Below, in pieces: positions 39,097 to 53,359 of a stretch of 64,000 bases of DNA. The translations under genes were made by a program, and so were the position numbers. Every line of letters starts with the position of its first letter. Position 1 is the stretch's first letter. This stretch comes from Eledone cirrhosa. Its lineage: Eukaryota. The stretch covers positions 356,376,001-356,440,000 of the forward strand of contig OZ024742.1 in assembly GCA_964016885.1 (NCBI GenBank). The letters are read 5' to 3'. The notes beneath the pieces were generated by a model that did no database searches, was not told the origin of the DNA, and saw only the letters and a program-made list of their open reading frames with translations.

Positions 39097-41090
39097 TCAT
39101 CATCATCATCTTCGTTTAATGTCCATCTTTCACGCTTTCATGGGTTAGACAGGAGTTGTCCCACATGAGCCAAGGCTGGTTGGGTGACCGTGTCTCACTT
39201 ATATAGGACTATCTGGCAGGTTTTCTATGGCTGGATGCCCTTCCTAACACCAACCACAATTACAATGTGGAACTGGGAACTTTTTACTGTGTTAGCTACA
39301 CGGCCACATTACAGTGTGGACTGTGTGTCATTTTTGCCGTGACACCTACACGATCTCGATCTCATTATCTCATTTATTTGGACTAGATGTTGTGGTACCA
39401 ACTTTACAGAGGGAGGGTGGTGTTGGTGGGAGTGGAAGGATAGGGTAGGGGTAGTGGATAAGGGTGTATATTTGGTTAAGAGGTGCCTACTGGCTGTAGG
39501 TTTCACTTTGTACATAGGCAAGGCGGGTCTTCTGTATTACTGCGTAGCACCAAAAATCTCGGTCCAGTGACATTATCTTAGAGACATGCAAGTGTGTAAG
39601 GTCAGAATTTATCAGATCGTCCCAGGTTTTTCTGGGTCTACTTACTCCGTAACTACCATCAATTTTGATTGCCCTGCACTTTTTTATACAGCTGTCGTCT
39701 TTTATGTGCATGACATGACCATACGAACTTGGTCTTCTTTCAAGTAAACAGCATCTGATCCCTCTTATTCCTAATTTCTCATTTAGTTCATTTATGCTTT
39801 GCTGTTCACATATATTACACATCCAACGGAGCATGCATGCTTCAATCCTTTCCAGTCTGTGCAGGTCCTCTGCATGCAATTCCCATGTCTCACTGCCATG
39901 TAGCATTGCTGTTCGTATACAGGCATCATACAATCTGCCTTTCATTTTTAGAGAGAAACCTTTTGTGGCCAACAGCGGTATAAGCTCTCTGAACTTTTTC
40001 CATCCCATTCTGACTCTGGCTACTGTACTTTCAGAGCACCCTCCACCACTGCTGATTTTGTCACCCAGGTAACGGAAAGTGTCCACTATTTCTATAGAAC
40101 CATCTGGGCAATAGAAGGAGCTAGTATCCTGTGGGCACTTGCTACTTATTGCACCTGAGCATCGGCCACATATAAAATCTACGTTCTTAGATAGTTTACC
40201 TGTGATCCCACTACAGCTTTTATGTACCCATAGTTTGCATTTGGGACATAAAATGGAATTTCTGCCTATTCCTTTCATACACACTGAGCATGGCCATTTC
40301 TCTGAGGGCACCTGTACCCTATTTTCTTTCTACAAACTAGAACTTTAGTTTTAGACAAGTTAACTTTAAGGTCTTTTGATTCTAGGCCATTCTTCCATAT
40401 TTGGAATTTCTTCTCTAGTTCAGCCATAAATTCAGCTATGAGAGTTAGATCATCTGCGTATAGGAGTTCCCATGGGCAGCCGGTCTTAAACTCCTCTGTT
40501 ATAGCCTGAAGGGCAATAATAAATAGGAGCGGGCCAAGGACAGTGCCTTGATGAACACTAAATTCTTCACAATATTCATTGTTAATTCTAACCTTACTGA
40601 CTGTTTCTTTATACATAGCTTGTATAGCTCTCACAAGCCATTCTAGTTTTCTAAGAGCCCACCAGATAATGGAGTGGGGGACTCTGTCAAAGGCTTTCTC
40701 CAGGTCTACAAAAGCTATGTAGAGAGGTTTACTTTTAGCTAGGTACTTCTCCTGTAATTGTTGTACAAGGAAAAGAGCATCTGTGGTACTTTTACCTGAC
40801 ACGAACCCAAACTGCATTTCATCTAGATCAATTCGCTCTCTGATTAGTTGCGCTATAACTCTTTCTGTGACCTTCATGACCTGGTCAACTAACTTAATGC
40901 CTGTATAGTTTCCCCTATCTAGAGCATCCCCTTTACCCTTGTAGCAGTTAATGATGATGTGCTATGCCAGTCTTTTGGTATAACTTGGTTAACTATATGG
41001 GTGACCATAGTATGTCCCACCATTCCAGATGCCTTCAACATCTCAGCAATATCTCTAAAGGCCCAGATGGCTTGCCTGTCTTCATATCTT
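39097..41090 (-). mobile_element. RTE-clade LINE, 5'-truncated and frameshifted ORF2 (RT, PHD-like finger, long 3' UTR, (GAT)n tail)
   Basis: QFGFVSGKSTTDA, AFVDLEKAFDRV, HQGTVLGPLLF, LLYADD, FRYLGD, AMLHGSETW, RPRKTW. Confidence 0.95.
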
Positions 41091-43082
41091 GTGGTTATGT
41101 CATGTTAATCGTTAATCAATTAGTGATTAGTTTTGCAATCACAAACATCGATTAGTAAATATTGGTGCAAGCAAGTTCAAGCACTCAACGTCAGTATAGA
41201 GTTACTCATATAATATTGGATCATGTAATTCTGTGTCTAACGGAGTATTTGTAGAATAATAAAGTAGAGGGCAATACATTTATATTTCACCACATTTGTT
41301 CATTACATAATAGCTGCTACACATATATCCATGTTATATAATTTTAATCTTTCAGATATGATTTCATCAGACAGTTCTCATGTATATGAATATTAGTGAT
41401 GTAACATTATTTGAACCACTAACATACATCCCTTTACAAAGTGAACAAGAACATTGGAAGTGTTTGCCTAGCATATCAACATCTTCACTTAAATGTGTTA
41501 ACATCTGATATCATACAAGTGCCAGTTGCTGTTGCAATGATTGCATAACCAATGTACACTGGAATCATATGAATACATGTTATACAATAAATAGGATTAT
41601 GTAACATCTACCTTAAGGATAATTCATACATAGACTGACGTGGAGTGCTCCTACCTGCTTACAGCTGGATATCAAAAAGGCTTCACAACATAACCCTTAC
41701 AGATGAGCAACTCATTGATTAGCTATATATATATATATATATACATGTGTGTGTGTGTAAATATATGTATGTATATACAGATATTAATATATATATATAG
41801 TCTACCAAAGTTCTTTCCTTGCACATCTGCAACATCATCAGTGGTACTATTATGTTCCCTCCTATTGTATTGTATTGTAATGTCTACGCCAGTGTGTTCT
41901 GTTATTATTTCTGGCAATATTATTACAACAATACCCTCCCCAAGTATAACAATATTTGTTTCAACACATGATTTCATATCAAAAACCTATATATATATTC
42001 CTTTAGAAACAATTGTTACAAAGATAGGATATATATTTAAAAATAAAAGTATAATGCATGAAATGCCCTGCAATTGTGTTTTAATCTAACATCTACATTT
42101 TGAATACATCAAACAATAAGCAAGGCCATACTTAGCAATAGGAAGTATGAACAAGTACACGTGCTTGGTTAACTAAGTCAATGATCTCCATTGTTGCGAA
42201 GAGTATGGAGAGAAATGTTAAACCTTCAAAGAGTTTCTCCCCCCAAAAAAGGATGACCAGCAGGAAAAATATCGCAAACAAATGAAGGGAAAAGTAGGAA
42301 AGGAAAGAAAAACAAAAAACAAGAATAATTTATAAAACAACTTTGAGACTAAGATGGATGAGATTATATTTGGCTGAAGATATTCTGGTATTCAAAGAAC
42401 ATAGAATTGAGAACAAAATATAGAATAAATAAATACAACTGGAACAAAAAATCCTGAAGATATAAAACTAGTTTAGCAGCAATGGTGAATCAGATAAGAT
42501 CATAAAACAGCAAGGAACACGAAGAAGTGAAAAGATATATTAGAATGAGTTTATTCTAACAACAACAGCATGATGAAGAAATAGGAAACTGTCTTTTAAT
42601 TGTAATACTGGAAATAAAGGAAAAGGAGAATGAAAAAATATAACAAGTGGAGATATAGTATACTCCATGAAATGTGAATGCATCATTGAAAGTATGATGG
42701 TTATGATGAAGTAATACTAGTGATGAAGATGGTGTTGATGGTGGTTGTTTTTGTTGGTCATGCTGAGGCCATTATTGTTGTGATAGCAATAAGAAAACAG
42801 AGTGATAGAATAGTGAGAGTTGTGTGAAAACTATTGAACTTGTTCAACAAGAGAACAGTTGGAAATTAATGGAATAAATAGATGTTTGATAAGATTAAGA
42901 CGCAGCGTTGAAGGGAAAATATTAAAAGAAGAAGAAAAACATGAAAGGAACTTTTGATTTGAAGAATAATATTACATTTTTATTTTCTTCTTATTCAATG
43001 TGTGGTGAGAGAAGTAAGTCAACTGGTTTATCAACATAGATTTTGTATCCAAGTAATATATTTTAAATATTTTCCTTTACAG

Positions 43083-43900
43083 TATTGGTAAGACAATGTA
43101 AGCAGGACAATGCTGTTTTTCTGACACATTACAAAGAAAATAACAAAAGCTTCAATACTGACAAAGATTCTTAGAATGATTTAGGAATTCAACAGAATAT
43201 TCATAGTGGATTACATAAATGATTTAATGGGAAGTCAGATTTAGATTATGATAAGTTATCTTCCTGGGTGAACTTTTTTTCCTCTTTTCATGTTATTGTT
43301 GATGATGAATATCTGGATTCATTTCATCTACGATGTCAGGCAGAAAGTTATATATTGGCTTATTTTGAGTGGGGTGAAAAGTTTTACACTTCTGTTGTAA
43401 CAGAAATCAGAAAATATGATGAGATGTTCAAGCTTCTTCAGAAATATTAACAGCATAAACAGAATATAATAGCTTTCATTGAGAATTAGAATGAGATTGT
43501 AGTGTTATCTTTCTGGGAGATTACCTCTTTCTCTATGATACACACCACCCTCAGATATAAACTATTGCTTCAATGTGCAGAAGATTTTATGAAGCAGTCT
43601 TGTGTATTTATCAAGCTCCTTGAATCAGTAGTATGTTTCTACTGGGTGGTGACTGCTGCCTGATTTAAATTAGTAGTTTTATTTCACGTATATTTCATAA
43701 TACTCTGCTCTATATTATTCTATGTATGAGAAATACCAACAAAGAAAAACATGGAAGAACAATGGAGTACAATGATATGTATTATTTCAATACTTGAAAA
43801 GGTAGTAACAAAGTCTGAAGGTCTCAGACTTTAGTAATACATCAGAAATTACTATCAACTTTGTTGGTTCTCTTCAACCAAAATCCTATTTTGTGCCAAT
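43083..43900 (+). pseudogene. Pseudo-exon, AAA5-AAA6 linker and start of AAA6
   Basis: cctttacag acceptor ends 43082, in phase with the 33000 donor. About 190 codons with only 4 internal stops, including DKLSSWVNFFSSFHVIVDDEYLDSFHLRC...EWGEKF...EMFKLLQK (cf. P.WL....W......E.L..F..L.......W..Y.......L..LQKL). Confidence 0.55.
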
Positions 43901-44334
43901 AAAAAGTCAAAGACTTGTCAAATCAAATGCAAAAACCATCAGCTCTATTTGAGAATCATTTACGTTCATTTAAATTGAAAATACATTTTAGAAGCTTAAG
44001 AAATCCACAATGTTTAACTTCTACTTACTAGAAAAACAGATTTTCATTTCAAAGTACAGCAGAATTATTTTAAATCCTGAAGCATTTGAACATACTTTAC
44101 GTTATATATATCAAATGGTTAATCAGAATTCAGTATAAAACATGAAACCTTATAACTGGTAAGTAATTAAGCGATACCCATATACCAATGGGGCTGTGTT
44201 GATATTGTTCAATATTACATAACTCACACTGAACGTTAAAGCAATGTATTTCCATATAAGGAATGATGTATTACTGTAAAGGAAATTATAACTTGAGATA
44301 TTAATGAAATGAAAAGAAATGAATGATCATAATG

Positions 44335-44560
44335 TTGTGGGTTCAATACCTGGGCTGGGTTGCATACTGTGTTCTGGAGTAAAACACTTCATTTTACATT
44401 GCTCCAGTATACACTGCTAAAAATGAGTACCAGCAATAACTGGAGGTTTAACCCTGCGATAGACTGTCTTCCTGTCAAGGGGGGGGGGGGTCTTGTACTC
44501 TCAATTGCTTCACGCCATGAAACTGGGATAAGCACTAGCCTAACGAACCTTCTGGCTTGA
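44335..44560 (+). mobile_element. CORE SINE with a V-domain-like block (fourth tail type)
   Basis: aaccctgcgatagactg...cctgtcaagggg...gataagcactagcc...ccttctggcttga. Copies at ~16435-16610 (+) and ~10710-10960 (-). Confidence 0.65.
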
Positions 44561-44617
44561 ATCATATTTTTTTAGAGTATGGGAGGAGCTGGAATTTTAG
44601 AATTAGTAGACTATCAG

Positions 44618-44735
44618 TGATGATGATGATGATGATGATAAAGATGATGATAAAGATGATACTGATGCTGATGATAGCGATGATGATGGCAGTGATGATA
44701 ATGGCAGTGATGATGGTGATGGCTGTGATGATGTC
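44618..44735. repeat. Degenerate (GAT)n microsatellite
   Basis: Direct inspection. Confidence 0.9.
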
Positions 44736-45529
44736 CTGACTAAATATATATTATAGCTATCATTCCTATACTCTCAAACACTATACATATTATGGCCAGC
44801 TTTCAGAATATATGAAGGAAATATATTAGATGTATAGAGGATGAACAAGAAAGACCTAGGCAGAGGTTGTGAGAGCTGACCTCAAATCACAAAAACTGGC
44901 AGAGGAGATAAGGAAGGAATGAGGCAAGTGGAGAGATGCCATGCTGAGAATGATCCGTCCAACCCATTCAAGCATCGGATTAAGAATATGTAATAAAATG
45001 TCAAATTCCTCTTTTTTCCAAAAACGTTATCCAACTTCCAACTTCTCTGCCAGTCTTAGCAAAGTTGAAAGTTGGATAAACGATGATGATGATGATGGTG
45101 ATGATTCATTTAATACGTCTCAATATTCAACATCCAAGAACATTTCATCTTGCAGAGAATAGCAACCAGACATTCAAAACATTTCTTCTTATTGTACTAC
45201 ATTTCATTGATTTAAAACAAGAAAATCAAATCAAAGCCATAACTTGCATTTCATTATCTAAAGAATGACTTGTTTAAAAGTTTGTCATCTTTCGTTTCTG
45301 ATGATTTGTAAAATGAATTCATTTTCATTATATACTTAATTGGCACATTTAAATGACAAATTATCAATTGTATTTAAAGTTGAAAAAATATTGACGTTTT
45401 AGGTTAAATCTTTAATTTTTGTATTTTTTCAAAAATAGTTTTGTCTTGTACATTTCTAGTTACCATAATTCAAACTTTGAAAATACAATGATTAGAATAT
45501 TAATAATAGTAAACTGACTAATACTAATA

Positions 45530-45713
45530 ATCTTTCTCTCTCTCTCTATCTCTCTCTCTATATATATATATATATTATATATATTATATATATATATATA
45601 TATTATATATATATATACATATATATATTATATATATATATACATATATATATTATATATATATATATATATTATATATATATATACATATATTTATATA
45701 TATATATATATAC

Positions 45714-45777
<64 letters not shown>

Positions 45778-46011
45778 TATATACATATATAATATATATA
45801 TACATATATAATATATATATATATATACATATATAATATATATATATATATACATATATAATATATATATATATATATATATACATATATAATATATATA
45901 TATATGTACATATATAATATATATATATATATACATATATAATATATATATATATATACATATATAATATATATATATATATATTATATATGTACATATA
46001 TATATATATTA

Positions 46012-46050
<39 letters not shown>

Positions 46051-46098
46051 ATATATATACATATATAATATATATATATACATATATAATATATATAT

Positions 46099-46176
<78 letters not shown>

Positions 46177-46213
46177 TAATATATATATATATATACATAT
46201 ATAATATATATAT

Positions 46214-46270
<57 letters not shown>

Positions 46271-46399
46271 TAATATATATATACATATATAATATATATA
46301 TATATATATACATATATAATATATATATATATATATATAATATATATAATATATATAATATACATATATATACATATATAATATATATATATATATATA
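45530..46399. repeat. Compound (TA)n microsatellite, about 850 bp
   Basis: TA runs punctuated by TACA and TAAT. Similar arrays at 33925-34128, 34788-35320, 35380-35531, 47220-47545, 48232-48650, 60111-60182, and (TA)n(GA)n at 17614-17706. Confidence 0.97.
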
Positions 46400-46985
46400 T
46401 CATCATCATCATCATCATCATCACCGTTTTACGTCCGTTCTTCCACGCTAGCATGGGTTAGACGGGTTGTCCTGTTGTGGGCAGTGTCTGGTCGGCTGAC
46501 CATGCCTTGCTCATACAGGAACTGATCTGGCTTGATTTCTACAGCTGGATGCCCTTCCTAACACCAACCTCATTTATAGTGAGTGCTGGGTGCTTTTTCG
46601 TGGCGCCTACACGTCCACTTTACAGTGTGGGCTGGGTGCTTTTTTGCCGTGGCACCTCCACGACCACCTTGCGGTGGGGGGAGTGGGGGCATATTGTTTA
46701 TATGCTTCAGCATGTACCCATGGGAGGTCGGGTACCCTGTATTACTGCGTGACGCCAGAAGTCACGGTCGTGTGTCATTGTCTTTGAGAGGTGTAGTTGG
46801 GTAAGGTCGGCTTTTATCACCTCATCCCAAGTCATCTTGGGTCTCCCCACTCCGCGGTTTCCATCAACTTCTAGTGCTCTGCACCTTTTTATGCAGCTGT
46901 CATCCTTCATACGCATCACATGTCCATACCAGCGTAACCGCCTCTCCTGCACGCAGCATTTGATTCCTCTTATGCTCAGTCTCTA
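46399..46985 (-). mobile_element. RTE-clade LINE 3' fragment inside (TA)n
   Basis: [17 protein letters not shown]...GRPKMTWDEVI; same subfamily as 49760-50527. Confidence 0.93.
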
Positions 46986-47028
46986 TATATATATATACAT
47001 ATATAATATATATATATAAATAATATAT

Positions 47029-47220
47029 AGTTTTAATATAGATGAGATTCTACAGGACTAGAACTGTTTCATTCTTTAGAAATCATCCCTGATGATTTCT
47101 AAAGAATGAAACAGTTCTAGTCCTGTAGAATCTCATCTATATTAAAACTTTTATACTCTGCAATGTATTGAGTACCTTACTTACTGTGGTTACCTCCAAT
47201 TCAACCCGGAATAACGTACT
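47029..47220 (+). mobile_element. Penelope-like pLTR end with perfect 59-bp-arm hairpin
   Basis: Arms 47029-47087 and 47091-47149 with loop CCT; contains CTGATGA-t-ttc(taaa)gaa-t-GAAAC. An older copy of the same family, with a decayed hairpin, lies at ~56679-56848. Confidence 0.6.
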
Positions 47221-47229
47221 ATATAATAT

Positions 47230-47419
<190 letters not shown>

Positions 47420-47453
47420 TAATATATATATATAATATATATATATATAATAT

Positions 47454-47509
<56 letters not shown>

Positions 47510-47541
47510 TAATACATATATATATATATACATATAATATA

Positions 47542-48093
47542 TATATAAAGAATGAATAATAACAGGTAGACATCATAAAAAGGTAGTTTATTCCGTGTGC
47601 TTACAAGTGTTTCCACGGTGGTACTGCAGCCTAGTTCCGCTACGTGCAAATTCACAAGTATTTGCAGAACTCGAATATCCAATGCTGTGACCACTGTTTC
47701 CTCAGAGCAGAATGGTAAATATACAATGTAAAAACCCTTAAGTGGTGTTGTTGGGGAAGATAGAGTGGAACAGGAAGAGAGAAAAGTAGGGAAGATGGAG
47801 AGAGAAGGAAAGATATGCAGGGGTTGGAGAAGTAGGAGAGAGTGGCTTGTAGATATCTTAATCAAAATGTTATGGTAGGGGTTTTATTAGTTACTAATAG
47901 TTTTTACATTGTATATTTACCATTCTGCTCTGAGGAAACAGTGGTCACAGCATTGGATATTCGAGTTCTGCAAATACTTGTGAATTTGCACGTAGCGGAA
48001 CTAGGCTGCAGTACCACCGTGGAAACACTTGTAAGCACACGGAATAAACTACCTTTTTATGATGTCTACCTGTTATTATTCATTCTTTATATA
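47542..48093 (-). mobile_element. Penelope-like pLTR with inverted duplication
   Basis: 194-bp inverted arms 47542-47735 and 47900-48093 (the ORF track shows the same peptide on both strands), a 164-bp purine-rich spacer, a hammerhead motif in each arm, (TA)n arrays nearby on both sides. Confidence 0.7.
47926..48037 (+). ncRNA. Hammerhead-like motif with enlarged loop II (identical antisense copy at 47598-47709)
   Basis: TGCT-CTGAGGA-A-ACaGTGGT...(insert)...ACCACcGT-G-GAAA-C-actt-GTA-AGCA. Stem I TGCT/AGCA; AATAAA follows at 48043. Confidence 0.55.
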
Positions 48094-48379
48094 CACTCCG
48101 GAATACTGAAGGATCAGGAACTAAGTTTCTTGAACAATTCTTCCATAACTCGTAGAGTAACCTCTTACCGTACGTCAACCATATCCAGTGTAGTAATTAA
48201 CCATCACTGCATCTTGGATAATCCTATACCTTATAATATATATATATATATATATACATATAATATATATATATACATATAATATATATATATACATATA
48301 TAATATATATATATACATATAATATATATATATATATACATATAATATATATATATACATATATAATATATATATATAC

Positions 48380-48428
<49 letters not shown>

Positions 48429-48488
48429 TATATACATATAATATATATATATACATATAATATATATATATACATATATAATATATAT

Positions 48489-48580
<92 letters not shown>

Positions 48581-48588
48581 CATATATA

Positions 48589-48632
<44 letters not shown>

Positions 48633-49759
48633 CATATATATAATATATACATACAAACCTCACACATATAATGTTTATATCAGGCTATGTAATGAATGCA
48701 GGTTTTTTTTTTTAGTGTACTGGTGTTATTTTTTCATAAATAATATCTCAACCATGTGAATATTTTACAATTAAACCAAAAATACAAACAAAATTATTGA
48801 CAGAATTTTAAACAAATATTATTTCTATAGTTGAGATGTAGCTTCCTTCTTCTATTCTTAGAATTGGTTCTGGATTATTACCAAGAAAATTATTCATTTT
48901 AGTTTCTTTAGATGTCAAACCAAACCTAGTCATACGAAAAGAAAACAATATAGTAAAAAATATATAAATGAAACAAATATAAGAATATAAATTCTAACAA
49001 TAAAAATGTAGAAAATAGCCATAAAAATATAATCTCACCATAGATAAATAATAATATATTGGTTGGATAGATATGAGAAACAACTTGAATATGACACAAG
49101 ACTGGAATGTAGAGATTTGGTATATGAGATTTTTTTAACTGATTCCGGCATGGAAAACTGAATATTAAAATAAGTTGAGAAGGAATGTAGTTTATGACTG
49201 GATTGATCATTACCATGTTGGCTTTTGCATAACTCTCCTGAATATTGTGATGATTTGTGGGAATAGTACAACTATCATGTGGGTTGTTTCATTTTATTTT
49301 TTTTCTTTAATTGTGACCACATGTGACCTTAGTTTGTAATATGAACTTGGGTAAAAAAATGACCTGCTGGTAATTTATGGGTAAAAATACCTCTGTGATC
49401 CTTACCTCAATGTGATCTAGAAAAAATATATTATGGTGCCAATATTAAAATAAATTATGAAATCATAAATTGGGAATATGACTTGGGAACCACCGTATTA
49501 AAAATAATAAGCATATGGTATTGCTGTGAGCATATTGGCTTGCTTCAAAATATTCCATTGATCCTTGTAATGTGCAGCTAATTGTTGCACTTGGTGGTGA
49601 ATTCATCATGATGATGATGATCATCATCATTTTACGTCCACTTTTCCCTGCTTGCAAGGGTGGGACGGATTGATGGTCATTTTTGTTTTGGCTCTCCCCT
49701 TTTTATTTTTTTTATTTATTTCACTGTGGTCATGTGTTTTGATCCATGAATTATATTTT

Positions 49760-50527
49760 GATTATGAAGAGCAGACTGTATGATGCGTGTATACGAACAG
49801 CAATGTTACATGGTAGTGAGACCTGGGCACTATCTGTAGAAGACTTGCGTAGATTAGAAAGAAACGTAGCCTGCATGCTCCAATGGATGTGTAATATTAA
49901 TATACGCGAACGGCAAAGCATAAACGAATTGAGAGAGAGACTGAGCATAAGAGGAATCAAATGTTGTGTGCAGGAGAGGAGGTTGCGTTGGTATGGACAT
50001 GTGATACATATGAAGGATGACAGCTGCAATAAAAAGGTGCAGAGCACTAGCAGTCAATGGAAGCCACGGAGTGGGGGGTCCCAAAAGACCTGGGATGAGG
50101 TGATAAATGCGGACTTTACCCAATTACATCTCTCAAAGGTGATGACACATGACCGTGGCCTGTGGCGTCACGCAGTAATACAGAAGACCCGACCCCCCAC
50201 GGGTATAAGCCGAGGCTGAAGCATATAGACAATATGCCTCCACCCCCTTCCACTGCAAAGTGGTTGTGGAGGTGCCACGGCAAAACAGCACCCAGCCCAC
50301 ACTGTTAAGTGGACGTGTAGGCGCCACGGAAAAAAAGCACCCAGTACTCACTGTAAATGAGGTTGATGTTAGGAAGGGTATCCAGCTGTAGAAATCAAGC
50401 CAGAATCAATCCCCGTATGAGCAGGACATGGTCAGCCGACCGGCTACTGCCCACAACAGGACAATCCATCTAACACATGCTAGCGTGGAAGAACGGATGT
50501 AAAACGGTGATGATGATGATGATGATG
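49760..50527 (+). mobile_element. RTE-clade LINE 3' fragment
   Basis: RLYDACIRTAMLHGSETW...RRLRWYGHV...KTWDEVI; long 3' UTR; (GAT)n tail. Confidence 0.93.
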
Positions 50528-52999
50528 AAATGCTGTGTCTATTTTTTTTTAGATTTTGTAAAAATTTGCGAACAATTTGTAATGTTATTTATACAATGAA
50601 TAAAAGATTGAAAATACAGATTCGTACAAACTATCAAAGGGATATAAGAAGAAAAAAATGTCTAAAGTTGTAGTGCACCTGAGCACTGTACACAAATATT
50701 TTCATTATTATTATTACTTATGTTTAGAGCATCAAGAGATGAGAGGTACCACTGTATTTAAATTGTATATATTTGTTATCCCCACTAACAAAAATTGTTT
50801 TGCAAACTTTATATATAGAGCAGCATAATCTTTAAAAGGCTTTAGAGGTTTTACTTAGTCATTCAACCCACGAGAAATAGCAGCTAATTTTATATCTTCA
50901 AATCAAAAATGTGTAATAGTACATTGGACAATGTAATATGCTATAAATGATCCATGTAATAAAAAAAGTTATGTTGGACAAAGGTGGATCGCATGATCTA
51001 AGATCTGACCTATCAACGCCAGCTTGATGCTAAACAACACTTGGATATTGAAATAATGATGAGGATAGTATATATGATGATACTGATAGTGGTGATGATA
51101 AAGGCTTGGTTTATTTTATGTCTGTGTTTCTATAACTTTAGTAAAAGTATTTTAATTTGTAATTTGAAATGTAGTCATCCCAATGCAACTGACCATAATA
51201 ATAGTTGAGCACTATAAATAATAGTTGAGAAAATTGAGGTAAAGTATCCCTGAAGATGGAAAAATGTAGAGAGGTAATCAAGTAATTTGAATGATTAACA
51301 ATAAGCCCACTAATTAATATATTCTATTAATTACCATTATAATTTCTATAACTATTGTATTTTCATGCAGATGGCATCTAATATCATAGAATGCATGTGT
51401 GTGTGCTCACACTTATGCAGGTTTAGCCGACCTCCTCCAAGGTATATCTCGTTGGAGGTGTCTTGGGTAATTTAATGATAGGGACCCCAGTCCTATCATC
51501 TCATTTCTACATCTGAGTAAACTGGAGCAATGTGAAATAAAATGTCTTGCTCAAGGAAACAACCCGGCACCCGGTCCGAGAATTGAACTCACAACCTTTC
51601 GATTGCAAGCCCAATGCTCTAACCACTAAGCCATGTGCCTTCACGCATGGCTTAGAATGCATAACAAACAATTATTGAGATAAGGTTAATGTTAACCCAT
51701 TCATTGTAGTGAGCATTAAAAGCTAATGACAAATGATAATGGTTTCTGATTTAGACACACGGCCAGCAATTTTGGGAAAAGGAAATTTGATTAAATTGAC
51801 CCCAGTGCATTACTGGTACTTTATTATATTGACCCCGTAAGGATGAAAGGCAAAGTTAACCTCAGTGAGATTTGAACTCAGAATATAAAGGGACGTCACT
51901 ATATGCTGCAAAGCAATAATACAGCGAAAAAAGTACAATATAAGTGAATTTTTACTAATATTATATTAATATTTCTCAGCAGCTATGGGTGACACCTGCA
52001 GACATATAACTTGTCAGTTTTATTATGACATCATCAATCATCATCATCACACGTCCATTCTTCCATGCTAGCATGGGTTAGATGAGTTGTCTTGTGGTGG
52101 GCAATGCTAGTTCAGGTGACCATACCTTGCTTAGACTTGCCAAAGTAATGTCAAATGGATCAATAAGTATAACAGATTCTACACAGAAAAATAGTAAATT
52201 TTAGAAAAACAATTTACACAGGGTTGCCATCTGTATGAAAACAATAGTTAAGTTAGTGACAATACAAGGAACATGAAAAGCGTAACAAAAAATAATGATG
52301 TAGAGTGAGAAGAAAGAAAACTCTATTAGCCAACAACAATATGTAGTACCTATTTGAATTGTTTAGTCATCAAACAATTCTACTTTCCTATGAAAATTGA
52401 TGTACAATCTCATCGGAACAAATATACTTAACCTCTTTCTTACCATATATTAAATGAAAGACACTACCTATAATTTAAAGAAAAAATTGAAAATAAGTAC
52501 GAATTTGGAGAACATTAGTAATATAACGTTTTACATTACTAAACTGGTGGTGTGAGGCAGAGAATTCACAGAATTGTTAGAGCATTAGACAAAATGTGTT
52601 GTAGTATTTAATTATGGCCATCTGCATTCTGAGTTCAAATCTTGCTGAAGCCAGCTTTGCCTTTCACCCTGCCAAGGTGGATAAAATAAAGTACCAGTAA
52701 AATGTTGGCATTGATTTAATTCACATTTTCTCCCCTAATGTAACTGACTCTTTCCCTTTGTTAAAAACAATTATCGACCTGATTTTGGAACATAACAAAT
52801 GTTCTTAATGTAAAATTCAAAAGGTTTTAGATAAACAGAAACAATTTTCTGTTTTGTTTTATTTCCTTAAAGTTCCAAAGAAAGCGTGAATTGTATAATT
52901 TGAGAATTTGACTACTACTTCTAGTAGATCAAGTTACAATATAAAGATTCCCATGCTTGTGTAACCAAACATATGTCTAGAAATCATATTATTTGCTAG

Positions 53000-53310
53000 T
53001 TTTGCCAAGCAGAAACGTTCAATGATTAGTTTTTATAATTCCCTTTATGCTATACACAGCAAAATATCTGATTCAGTGATATCAATCATCTCTTCAAAAT
53101 ATAATTAATCATATAGAAACAATCTTTGATGTCCTATTTATTAACTACATCAGTGCTCAGCAGATTATCATGGCTACTGGTGGGAAATACGTCATACTGT
53201 ATCACAGGGTGATCTCATTGTCTATTTACACTTCAATACATTATTTCATTAAAGCATTAAGCACATAGATTGTTTCATGCTACACTCAGCCTTGGATCTT
53301 GAATATATAG
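53000..53310 (+). pseudogene. Pseudo-exon, AAA6 lid
   Basis: tttgctag acceptor and gtatat donor at 53311. MISFYNSLYAIHSK...SKYN*S, then SAQQIIMATGGKYV in another frame (cf. L.FFHA+..ER..+G...Y.FS ... YGG.+). Confidence 0.35.
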
Positions 53311-53359
53311 GTATATATATATACATATGTATGTATATATATGCATATATATGTATATA

